DNA of 64,000 nt from Nemertoderma westbladi (lineage: Eukaryota > Animalia > Xenacoelomorpha), in assembly GCA_032718475.1 (NCBI GenBank), contig JAUCBJ010000343.1:3762-67761 (forward strand). The letters run 5' to 3'. This document shows, piece by piece, positions 24,718 to 36,800 of this stretch (the stretch's first letter is position 1; the number at the start of each line of letters is the position of its first letter). The notes beneath the pieces were generated by a model that saw nothing but the letters and a program-made list of their open reading frames with translations, ran no database searches and was not told the origin of the DNA. A program made the position numbers and the translations under genes.

Positions 24718-25828
24718 GTGAAGTTTAGTCGTCCAATATTTTGGACTGAGGGGGTGGGAATGAGGGCGAGACGCCCTTCCCACACAAATAAATAATTAAA
24801 AATAATTATAAATAATTAAATAACAATTAAGTAGAAAGTTAGAAGTATGAAAGTTAGTAAAAGTAAGTAGAAGTAAGTAGCAGTCAGAAAGTTAGTTAGA
24901 AAGTTAGAAAAATTAGGTTAGAAGTCGGCGGGTACAGGGAGTGTGGTATATAGACATACCACGGGAGTAGAGGGGTACGTGGTACCGTTAGGTTAGAAGT
25001 CGGCGGGTAAGGGAGTGTGGTATATAGACATACCACGGGAGTAGAGGGGTTGTGGGCACCGTAAGCGCCACGTAGAAAGTAGTAGTAGGGGGGTTGTGGG
25101 CACCGTAAGCGCCACGTAGAAGTAGTAGTAGAGGGGTTGTGGGCACCGAAAGCGCCACGTAGATAGAGGTAGTAGCTGAGAGTGGTTGTGGGCACCGAAA
25201 GCGCCACGTAGTTAGAGAGTTCTAGTTAGAGGGCTAGAGAGTTAGTAGACTTCGAGGAGTCGGAGAGTTAGTAGAGTTAGTAGAGTTAGGAGTTAGTTAG
25301 AGTTAGAGAGTTATTAGAATTAGAGAGTTAGTAAGTAAGTAGTAAGAGAGTTAGATAGTAAGTAAGAAGTAAGTAGTAGGTTGATAGAAGGATAGCACAG
25401 GGGTAGCATAAGAGAGTTAGCGCCTTTGAGGGCAGTATGAAAGGAGTATGGAGAGGAGCTGCTGGCGAGAGAGAGTGCGGACGAGTGCGATTCAGGTGTG
25501 GGGAGAGGACAGAGCGGAGTTAGAGTGGAGTTAGAGCGGAGTTAGAGATAGAGTAGAGTGAGAAGTCAGAGTTGAGAGTGAGTTTTAAAATTGTGTGAGA
25601 ATCCACAATCGTCTCGACACGAGACGCCAGATGTCTTGGTGCAACATAGGTTGGAGTTGCACCAAGAGAGGGTAGCGACATCATACCCAGAGGGAGCGGC
25701 CTGGAAAGCCGACTCCAGAGTAAAAGATAACTCCACCCCACACCCGATAGTAGATCGAGTTCCAGCGGAATTGAAGCGCACTCAGAGGTTGATGCAATCT
25801 TCTCACCGGGAAGATAGCATGGGGGGAG

Positions 25829-26416
25829 TGTGAGCGGATTCAATTCCGCCTCACCAACCCCCATAAAGTTGGGAAACGGCGCCTTTAAGCAATATTGGGG
25901 AATACGAGATTGATTACCAATCAACCTCGTATCACCCCAATAAACGGGGACGACAAACCCCCAAAGGGCCGCACACAATAGAGGTCAGAGGTTAAGCCTC
26001 CGGGAAAGGGAAAGTGACAGTAGCAAGGGGGAAACACTCCCACAGAGGTGGGAGCCGAGAATTAGGTTATTGGCCAATGGGGGGCAAGCATCGACTGAGT
26101 AGTAAGGCCACAAAGTAAGTAATCAATATATATTACCGGTCGGTGTCATATCAGAGTTAGTTATCTCAGTCATCTAAGGCAGATCCGGTGACATTTCTAT
26201 ACCATCACCGCCGTCACCATCATTACCGGTACTACAGTAGAACCATACACTGTAAACTAACTACATCATACCATCAACTGTGCTATTGTATCTTATTGTC
26301 ATATATTTACCGTCTACATTAATATCAGAACAACAACGAACTATTATCTTCCTTTTCCAACGGTACGGTGACGCGTAATACAAACTAACCGGTCGGGATC
26401 CTCTGATCCCGTCACA
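25829..26416 (+). repeat. 3' LTR of Bel/Pao element 1
   Basis: Copy of 20271-20857 with a few differences, followed by TSD ATTAT. Confidence 0.95.
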
Positions 26417-26999
26417 ATTATGGATTGCAGCAATTGTATTTTGAACAATAGGGTTAACTTTTCCTAACGAAAATGGTGGTTCAATGAACAAATTAACATT
26501 AGTTTTTAAAAATAATTTTAGTCATGTTCAACATCATTAATACAAGGAATTCCAAATACGATATAGATATAAAGTTATTATTGAGTTTAGATGCTGTGTG
26601 ATAACTAGCGGTTTATTGTGGTGGTCCAGTTGAATTTTATATACTGTAACTGTACAGGGCATTTTTTTTACAATTTCGTTACTACCCGGTGTCTGTGAGA
26701 AAATACGTTTTCCTTGGGAAAATGTCTGGAAAAAATCAGAATAAAAAATCAGGGAAAATATTTTTAAAGTAGGCCTACTTTTTTATCTTCATTTTGTTAT
26801 TTTTTATTGGGAGCTGCCGCTCCCAAACCCCAGACCCCCGTTTAGTACAATGAAACGGCTTTAACAATAATATAATATAAAGCAGAATTTACAATTAATA
26901 TTATACGCTGTGAATCTTACAAGAACCTACAGTCACTATAATTCCAAAGAGACTAGCACAGATACAAATAAGAGAAAACACAACACATTACATAGTTTA

Positions 27000-27598
27000 C
27001 AGATTCAGTTTACAGAGTCAGACGAGTGGATTGATCGGCAATCCAACTCCATCATCCGTAACCAGACCACTGCGCCACTTTAGCCTCGACAGCTCCACCC
27101 CCTGATGCAATCAGAAGCCCCTCGAACTAAAGTATGGCGAACTGCACACGGCGGCGAACCCACTCCATGACGGTGCTATACGGCCTGTCCCAGGTGTGGT
27201 GTAACCTATCAGTGAAGATCCTCAGGAGCTTGTTGGCCTGCGGTTCCAGAACTCCATCGCAAGAGACTACGAAGGGTGCAAAGTCCGCTCTCCTCTGTCT
27301 CTCTCGTTCCGCATATTGTGCAGTTTTAGCGTCCTCCGAAGATTCTAGGACCCTCATCGGGCGGCGTCCCACATACGACTCGGCGTCAATGTTTACGACC
27401 CTGACCCTTACCAATACCATATCTAACAACGCCTGGGTTTGCGGGTTGAATGCCCCTGGAACTCCTACATCACACCAAAGTCCTGCCTTTCCACTTAATC
27501 CAGGCTGGTGTATCTGACTATGGGTTCCGACTGTCACATTTCGTGGTTCAAATGCTAGAGAGGCCAAATACCCAACAACATCACGGAGTGCGAGGCCT
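27000..27598 (-). mobile_element. 5'-truncated non-LTR retrotransposon 3' end (restriction-like endonuclease domain, HERO/CRE-like)
   Basis: ORF 27127-27627: LRDVV...CDVGVPG...VRVVNIDAESY...VLESSEDAKTAQY...FAPFVVSCDG...W...YSTVMEWVRRRVQFAI, continuing past a lesion into CIRG. This is a typical REL-endonuclease C-terminus. Confidence 0.75.
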
Positions 27599-27720
27599 TT
27601 TTTAATTTCAAATTCTTCTAAATTCAATTGTTATTAATCAAATTTCACTAACATTTAAATAATTTGAATTTTAATTGTATCAATTAGGCATTAATTCAAT
27701 TACAATTGTAAATTAGCAAC

Positions 27721-28884
27721 TGTAAAGGCTTTTGCGGATATAACTAGTCATTTTCCCCGCAAAGTACTCTGTAGGTGTTTTAGCGGACATAAAAAGCCAT
27801 TTTTCTGTATGTGTACTTTAGCGGACATAACAAGCCATTTTATGCCGCAATACGCCAAAATACTCTTAATACAGTGTGGCTTCAGATGACGAAATCTATC
27901 AGCTGATTTTGATGTCGATGTGGAGCTTTCTTAACTCTCTTTGTTCAGCTCACTCGACCAATCAGAGCGATTTTCATTTTATTTGTACAGAAGCCTACGG
28001 GAAATCGCGCAATGCATGACGGTCTTTGTTTACCTTTTTCCTGAGCCCAGAACATCGGCTTTGGAATTATTCTTAGTTTCAGACTTTAGCCAAACATTCG
28101 ACGGCTTTGATTATAGGAACGTATAACTGTTATCGCACCAGACTCATACCAACCTGACCACAAATCAGCTCATATTATACATACCTTTCACCGCATTATT
28201 TTACTGCTATTTACTGTCGGTTATTAATTGTTAGAAGTTGATGGATATGTTGTTATATTTGGAGAATATCGATAAATAATCATAAAACCCCAATCTTCTT
28301 GATATACTGAAGGTTAGAGAGACCGGTTACCTGTAGCAATTGCGACTTACATTATAGTGGTTTTGGAGTGAATTGAATGCTATTTCATAATCCCTACATG
28401 TGTCAGTTACTATTCTCCTTATATATGATCAAATTTAGTGAAGGTCGGCAGATCAGTGTGCAGCAGTGTGCGGTAGTGTGCATGAGTGTGACAGATAACA
28501 AAGCATTTCCTAAAGAATGCGCTTTATACGAAAATCATTAGCCATCCCGTTGTGTTTAGTGTAAGTCATAACTCTGTTTACATACTTAGAGCGCCACGTC
28601 CTAAAGGAACTGTTAATATTTCCCGAAAGTAAATAATATTTGTCAGAGATTATATATTAACGATCAATCGAATAGTACAGTAAGTCTACACCGCAATAAG
28701 GTCAGAGCCTCCGAATCCAGTCTCCCTTAACTGTGGGTGAATGGTCGCGCATAGGCTGGCTTCGGCTAATGTAACTTTATATCTTATATGCAACAAATAC
28801 TTGTTATAGGCTAAAGTCGATTTATAAACTAGAAGACACCTAAAATTAGCGGGTTAAACTGCTAAAGGTCTAAAAGCGCGAACA
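27721..28884 (+). repeat. 5' LTR of Bel/Pao element 2 (1164 bp)
   Basis: tgtaaaggcttttgcgg...aaagcgcgaaca. Tandem ttagcggacataaNaagccatttt repeats near its start; CCAAT at about 27957. Confidence 0.95.
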
Positions 28885-30817
28885 ATAACAGTTATATTAG
28901 TTTCTTTATTGCAACGTAGGCAATAAAGTCGAAAGTACCGGTCGACCGGTAATCTGTAGGCCTAACTACATAACCACCCGAACCGGTACTTACAGCAGTA
29001 CAAGTACAGCAGTATTATTCGATTTTGGTAATTATATACCGGTAGGTCTTGATATTTAATCAGGGACTGCAGCCCTGGTTTTTTATTGGGATTTTACTTA
29101 TTTCTGTCAGTTTTATTTATCTGTAAGTTAATATTGAGCAGAAGGCGTGTAAGCCTGCTCAGATTGTATAAATAATTTGTAGGCTGGATTGTTGTCTGGT
29201 TGTTGTTAAGTCTGAAGAGATTGCAGTGTGTGTAGAGTGTATGTCCGATAAAGTACTAGTTAGGAACGTGGGACATCCAGAGCTGTAAGGTAAATCCCCC
29301 CCCCCCCCCCCCCCCGAAAGAATAAGTCGTACTACTCAGTTAGAACGCATACTAACTAACCATTTCGGAGTCTGCATATACTGTAGTTTATTTAGGCTTG
29401 ATAGTAGTCTGCCAGCGTTTGGTCTGTATTTTGTTTGTGTAGTCTGTACGGGTAGCGTAATATTTATTATTCAGAGTTTATGCGATTATTCGCAACATAC
29501 ACAACCCCAAGTTTATTCCTACAGTAATTGTGCTTGTTATACATACTGTTATAGTTAAATTAACCCCGGCACTACATCAGGGCTGTTTGGCATAGGTAAA
29601 GACTGGTGATTTTATGCTCTAGTCACTCCAGCAGATACCGTGGTTCTTTTAGCTGTACAAGTATTTTTAACTGCTGGTTATTTGTTGTATAAGTACTTGT
29701 ACCTAATTTAGGGTTTAGTGTACAGTGCTTTCCGAAGGTAATTAGTTTGTAGGCAGTATATTTGTGTTGTAAAGTGGTTAATAGGCACGTTAGCTATAGT
29801 TGGCTGCGGTAATTAACTTCTAGGTAGGAACACTCCGGGTACATAACGTAGTACTTATAGAGCTGTAAGCTAGAGACTATAAGTCGTCAGACGGTGGTAT
29901 TTTCTTATCTAGACAACGCAATATATTTACTACTGCTTAATTATTTTCAAATACCGTAGTATCCTGTCCGTTGTAAAAACCAGAAATTCTAACCCCTTGT
30001 TAGGCTGGTTTGTAGATTTCTTGTAAAATTAACCCTAAAATTTGTACGTGTAATTTTTGTGTTTATTTAGAGATTGTAATCTCATCCCTTAATTGTACGT
30101 AATTTGTAGTAATAAGTAACTTAATAAATTAGAATTATTTGTTTTAGTGTCCAATAAGTAGCACTCCACTGAGAGCGTTCAGCTTCTGTGAAGTGACTCC
30201 TTATCTAGAAATAATAACATTTATTTCGAATATTGTCAAAACCCATTAAACGGGTATATATATTATATTATAAATCAACTCAAACCGATTTACATAATAG
30301 TAGGCCTGTTATACATAAATTAGGTCTTAATATCAGTTGGACTACTGCTTAAATAACGGTAATAAAGTGAAGTAAAGTAACTAGGTAACCCTAAAATTCA
30401 GAAATTCAATTATTCTAAAATAATTGACATACCGGTATTTACGATAGGCTTATTATATTTATTCTATAAATTTATGCTGAAATTATATACCGGTATTCTG
30501 TAATTAATTTAGTCTATAATTATACTTATATATACTACAAGTGTAAGCTGTATACCGGTATTCACGGTAGGCTTATTATATATTTATATATATTTATGCT
30601 GAAATTATATACCGGTATTCTGTGACAAACCCTAGTCTGTAATAATACATATATATATACTATAAGTGTATACCGGTATTCTAATATATTGTATATATAT
30701 CACGTTACACTGAGTAACGATATCGGTAATTAATTACTAGGCTTTTAATTGATACTGAATTACTAGACTTGCTTTAACTGTAGTTCTAGCAGTAGGCATT
30801 CAACTGTACAAACAAAC

Positions 30818-33800
30818 ATGGCTGACACAAAGCAAAACCTGTCAGACAGTCTCCTAGATACAACCATCTGTGATCCAGATAGGAGTGCGGAACGTTTGAG
30901 ACCGAAGTTCAACTCCCCTCCTACTGTAAGAAAGGTCATCCCTCCAGTAGTAGTATCAGACCCTAGGCTAGTAAAGTACCGTAGGTCTATCATAGGCACT
31001 CGGGCTCAAGTCAAGCGGGACCAAGAGGCAGCTGTTAAACAACAGCAACACCCGAGCCGAGAACTTATTTCTCAGCGGCCCAATAGCTCCAGTAGTTCAG
31101 ATACTGTAGAGTTGACACCCGAGCGCGGAGCAAAGATGGCAGAAGCGGTTTATTCGGATCCACTTCTCATTCTTCCTGCAGCCGTACTCACTAGGGTATT
31201 GATTGCGGTGGAGGAACACCAAATGGATTGGGCGAGAAGTAAGCGATCAACCAAGGACAGTTATGCGGGATACACAAGGGAGGAACTGAAGTCTATTGTC
31301 GAGACGCAATGGAACTTCCCCAGACCCAGACTCCCGTTTAACTTATCGGAAGCTGCCTGGGAGGACTTATACAGGATGGGAGTGGTAAGGGCACAAGAGA
31401 TCCAGCTGTGTGGAAGAGGTTGGCAGCAGGATATGTACAGGGATTCTTCAGCTCTTTGGAGCGATTAGAGGAACAACTGTTTCAACAACCCCAAGGACCT
31501 CAAGAGCAGGGAGAGCTGCTTTATCAAGTTCGAGAACGTATCCTAAGAATCAGACTGATCCTATCGGCCTTTGAGGAAGCTTCGAAAAGAGGCCAAGACA
31601 CGTTGTTGCAAGTTGCCGTAAAGACTTGGTTCCAGCGGGTGGGTCTCAAAGTTCAAGGAACGTCCCAGTGGAAATTTCAGTTGGCTGAGCGCTCAACCCA
31701 CGGAGAATCAACAGACGCTACCTTTTCTCAAGTGGAAAGCGAAGCGACAGCAGAGAAACCTCAGAAGAAGGACGCTATTGACATATATCTGTCGGACTAT
31801 CAACGATTTCTAGGTGACGAAGAGTTGAGGAGACGGCTGGCTGGACTTCGTCCTAATAGTGAACGAGCCAAGTTTGTGTTGGACGCAATAGATGCGGAAA
31901 GGTTAGAAGCGGATCGAGCTAAATTTGATGAAAGAATCCGCATCGTTAGGGAACAGGAAGAACAATTAAAGAAAAAACAAATAGAAGACAGAAAGGCAGC
32001 AACAGCAGCAGCGGCAGAAGTGAAACGAAAAGCTGCAGTAGCAGAGGCAGAAAGAAAAGCGGCAGCGGCAGCGGCAGAGGCAGAAAGAAAAGCGGCAGTG
32101 GCAGAGGCAGAAAGAAAAGCGGCAGCGGCAGAAGCCGAAAGAACTGCGGCGGAGGCAGTGTTAGAAGCAGAACGGAAGGCATCTGAAGAGACAACCCAAC
32201 TAGAGTTGGAAAATCTTCAAGAGAAGCAAGACTACTTAAATAAACAGATAACAGCTAGTCAGATGCAGCTGATAAGTCGATCTACTCCCAAGCGACAGGG
32301 ATTTACATCATCTGATGAAGGCGAGACAACAGATCCTGAAGGCGGAGGAAATAGATCTCGTCTCAGCAGGCGTAGAAGAACGCCTCACCGTCAGAAATTG
32401 CCTAATTTGCCCCCAGCCGTGAGAAGGCAACTAGCTAGCACAGACTTAGGTAGTACAGAACCCACAGACCAAATTATTAGAGTTGAAAGACTCCCTACTA
32501 TAGTAGATGAGCCTGAAATAATTAGACCTGTTCTCGAAGCCACCCCTTCTGTGATAGAGACCCCTGTACTTCCAGAACCTAACTCTAAATTCCCTTTGCA
32601 CAGTACTAAACTACCTGTATCCAGTAGGACAGTTCCTCAGTCAACTCTGGTCCTGGACGCCGAGCGAGACATTAACAATTTGTCACCCGTCGTCCCTCGT
32701 CTACCCGCTACTATGTTGGCGGCTCCCGCTTCGGCGGTAGAGTGGGTGGATGAGCGACGGCGGGGGATGGATATTCTCCTCGGGCAGATAGAGGAGAATC
32801 AGGCACGCTCCTCCCAGCAGGTCCGAGAGTTGGAGGGGACTGTTCAACAGTTAAGGGGAACAGTAAGAGAGAGTAGGTTAGAATTACAGGAAGTGCAGCA
32901 GAGTATCGCGTTAGAATGAGATAAGTTAGTAAATCTACAAAAGGGTGTACCACCACCCTCTGTAACAATGTGTCAACCTGTTAGGTCTGAAGTATTTCAT
33001 GCGCAAGGTGTGGAGCCTACACGCCTCTATACTGCTAGTGAAGTAGAAACTCCTATAGTAAACCCTAATAAGGGTAATTATAAACCTGTTGGCAATGATA
33101 TTCCATATAGACCTGATAATAATCCGAGAAATTTATATACCGATAACTCGATATTAAATAATACGATGGCTCAAGAAAGTTTTACGCGTCAAATGGCTAG
33201 AACTGAAGCCCGTCAAGCGGTAAAGGTGGGAGAGATCGTCAAGTTCAATGGAGATGAGATGAAATGAAATGGTTACCATTTAATGAATATTATAAAGATA
33301 ACATACAGAACTCTGTGCTATCTAACGGAGAGAAACTTAGATTCCTCATCGAGTGCTTGGAAGGATCTCCCAAGTTAATGGCGTTAAAGTTTATTGGACA
33401 TCCAGATGGATTAAGACAAGTTTGGGATACACTAAACATCAGGTATGGTAATAGGAATAACATAGCTAGGTATTTGTATGCGAAATTGGTAGCGCCCCGA
33501 AAGTTTCTTAGCAGCGGGATTATAGAATTTTCCGATGAAATCCAGGAGATTTGTAGACAATTAGATTGGCTAGGTAAGTCTCATGAATATCAGAGTTCTA
33601 TGGTTATTGGAGCTGTAGCATCTACCTCGCCAAAGGGTGGAGTGGGTACTCGTTGGGACAAAAGAGTTCTATATATAATGGAACAACAACGAAGAGACCC
33701 TACCATGGCTGATCTCATGTCATTCTTGGATGGAGAGGTAAAATTACAGCTCCTAAAGCAGTCCAGAGAGAAGACACCGGAAAATAAGGTAAGTGAGAAA

Positions 33801-36800
33801 CCCGTTTCTAGGAGAAAGGTAACACCAGTGTGTTATACAGATGATGGCGAAAGCCAAACCTCTCAAGAGGAGAGCAATGGGAAAGACACTGAAAGATCTT
33901 ACTATGTCAACAAAACACCAAAGGATGTAAGTAAATTTAAGTCTCGAACCAGTGACAGGAGAGAACAGACAACAAAAACTCCTCCCACGTCTCCTAAGAG
34001 AGTTCATGGAAGAAAGCCCGAGGAAAAAACGAGTGTGCACAACACTACCCAAGGTAAAGTAAGTAACATCAAACCAAAATGTGCTTTGTGCGACGGGCCC
34101 CACCGTTTAAGTGTGTGTGAGGAATTCTTAAAGAAATCCCTGAAGGATAGACGCGAAGTCATGTGGGATAAGCGGTTGTGTTATAATTGTCTCAGACAAG
34201 GACACCAACGGCGAACCTGTTACTCCGACGCAAGGTGTGTGAAGTGCGGCACGAAACATCATATTTTGTTGCACACCGAATTCGAAAGAAACAGCCCGAG
34301 TCAAGTAAGTGAGTCCGAACTACATGTCCAATTCAGTGATGTGAACGACACTGACCTCAGTTCTGAGATGGAAGGATTCTACACGGATGAATTCTCCGAC
34401 GAAAACAAATCCTGTTATCTAATAAACACCGCAGTGTATCGAGCACTTACGTATGAGACTGAAACTGATAGTGAGCTCCCCCTAACTATTCCAGACCGAC
34501 AACCATCTTGGAAAGCGCCAACTTCCAACGTAGGAATCCGAGAATTTCCCGTAGTGCAGTTGAGAGTCCACGGGTTAGAAAAGAGCTATATAGTGAACGC
34601 CCTCCTTGACTCCGGCAGCACAGGAACATTCATCGACAAAGAACTAGCCGAAGACATCTTTGCTGGACAACCCAAGTTCCGAACTAAATTGAACCTTTCA
34701 GGAATTATGCAGGTTTGGAAATCTACAGTAACTACAGACTACTATGTAGGCGCGTTGTCCACCCCCCAGGATGAACTAGGAGAACACAGTATAAGGTCAG
34801 TAAAAATGGTGGCGATAAAGAACTTCGCTACCAGCCAAGTGAAACCTTATAACTGGGATGAAGACGATTTCACCCAGCAGCATGAGATACCTAGATTCAA
34901 CACCGACTACCCAGGGGTACAAATACTCATCGGCCAAAATGCGCATGAAGCGCTTGAGACATTATAGAAATGGCCTGCTCAACCGCAACCACTGCAAACC
35001 TATGCGGGAAGAACCAGAGTAGGTTGGTACTTTACTGGAAAGGCTACCTAAAGAGCAAGTCTACCAGGTGAGTGAATGGGAAGGGGAAATCAGTGAAGGA
35101 GACGACACACCTGAGGGAACACCATATTCCTCAGACAATGACGATATTAATCAACTATTCGACAAGGAGAATACCATCGACCTCCTTACGGAAAGTGAAA
35201 CTTGGCAAAACCAAGTGAACCTGTGTCACCTCATCCATCCAGCGGGACAAGTCGATTACAACAACGAACTGAATGAAGTGATAGATCGTTACAACGCGAA
35301 GACTCGCGATGAACACGCCGTACGATTCTTTACTCAAGAGGCTGTAGAGCCCAATTCCTACGATAAGGCCCTATCGGTAGAAGAGGAAAGAGCCAAGCAG
35401 ATACAGGAAACGACTACACGTTTTCTTAAAGATCAAGGTAGGTATGAGATTGGTCTGCCTTTCCGACGGCAACCCAATTTTATAAACAACCGACCCTTGG
35501 CGGAGAAGAGAATTGCGCAACTCCATCGATGCCTTACGGCAAATGCTTCAGCTAAGGAGATGTACCAGACCCAGCTGAAGAAATTCATTGACAAGGGATA
35601 TGCGGAGCGAGTACCGGAAGAAACACCTATAACTGAGAGAACGTACTATTTAACACATCATTACGTTCCCAAACCCGGTAAACCCAACGAAGTCCGGGTA
35701 GTATTTGACGGCTCTGCCCTCTACATGGGACAATCCCTTAACTCCGAGTTGTTGCCGGGACCCAACTTACTCCAATCCTTGTTGGGAATACTCTTAAGAT
35801 TACGACAATATTCGATCGCTTTCGCCTCCGATATAGAAGGCATGTTCTTACAAGTTAAGGCGCTGGATAAGGATCGGGACAGCCTACGATTTCTGTGGTG
35901 GCCTGAAGGAGACCTCAACCAGAAACCGGTGGAGTACTGGATGACCATTCAGGCTTTTGGGATCATCTCGATATATACATGGACGACAATTTAAAGTTCC
36001 TCCCATCAGTGGAAGAAGCCATTGATGTCGCCAAAGGAACGGTAGAGTGCTTGAAAAGAGGTGGATTTCGATTAACTAAATTCACCAGTAACTCCCGTGA
36101 ATTTCTGGAATCGATCCCGGTAGAAGACCGAGGAGTTAAAGATCTAGACCTTATCAAGGACGATCTTCCAGAAACCAAGACGGTTGGTTTGAAATGGGAC
36201 ACAGAGAGAGATATCCTGTTTTTCCAGCTAAAACAGCGAGATAATCCAGTTCGGACTAAATGGATTTGTCTAAGTATCCTGAGCACTTATTTCGATCCAT
36301 TGGGATTTATTAGCCCAGTTATATTGATTGCTTGGAGTTTAGTACAACAAATGTGGCTTGAAAACCACTCGTGGGACGATCCACTTAAGGGAGAACTATT
36401 AAAGAAGTGGATGAAATGGGAAGATTCTCTACCATCTATCGAGAATTTTACGATTTCCTGTTCATATTTTGGTCATGTTCTCCCCACGTATTCCTACCAA
36501 CTCCATGTGTTTGGAGACGCCAGCGATATGGGAATAGGTATAGTAGCCTACCTGAGAGTTGAAACTCCGGATGGAATTAAGGTCGCCTTGGTTACCTCTA
36601 AGGCCTTGATAAACAACAAGTTGAAAGTTCCTGGAGCGGAGTTAAAAGCAGCTCTATACGCTACGGCCATCGGCCGGAATGTAACAGAACAGATCGACTA
36701 TCCACTGGAGAAAACTGTCTATTGGACCGATGCTTTACTCGTGTTGGAGTATATAACCAATGAAGTCTGTCAGTTCAGCGTCTTCATTACCAACAGAGTA

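Larger units (their letters stand above)
20271..26416 (+). mobile_element. Non-autonomous Bel/Pao LTR retrotransposon (gag-protease only, pol deleted), 6146 bp
   Basis: Near-identical TG...CA LTRs at 20271-20857 and 25829-26416. 5-bp TSD ATTAT; PPT GGGGGGAG at 25821-25828. Bel-type gag and protease motifs, no RT/RNase H/integrase core. Confidence 0.9.
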
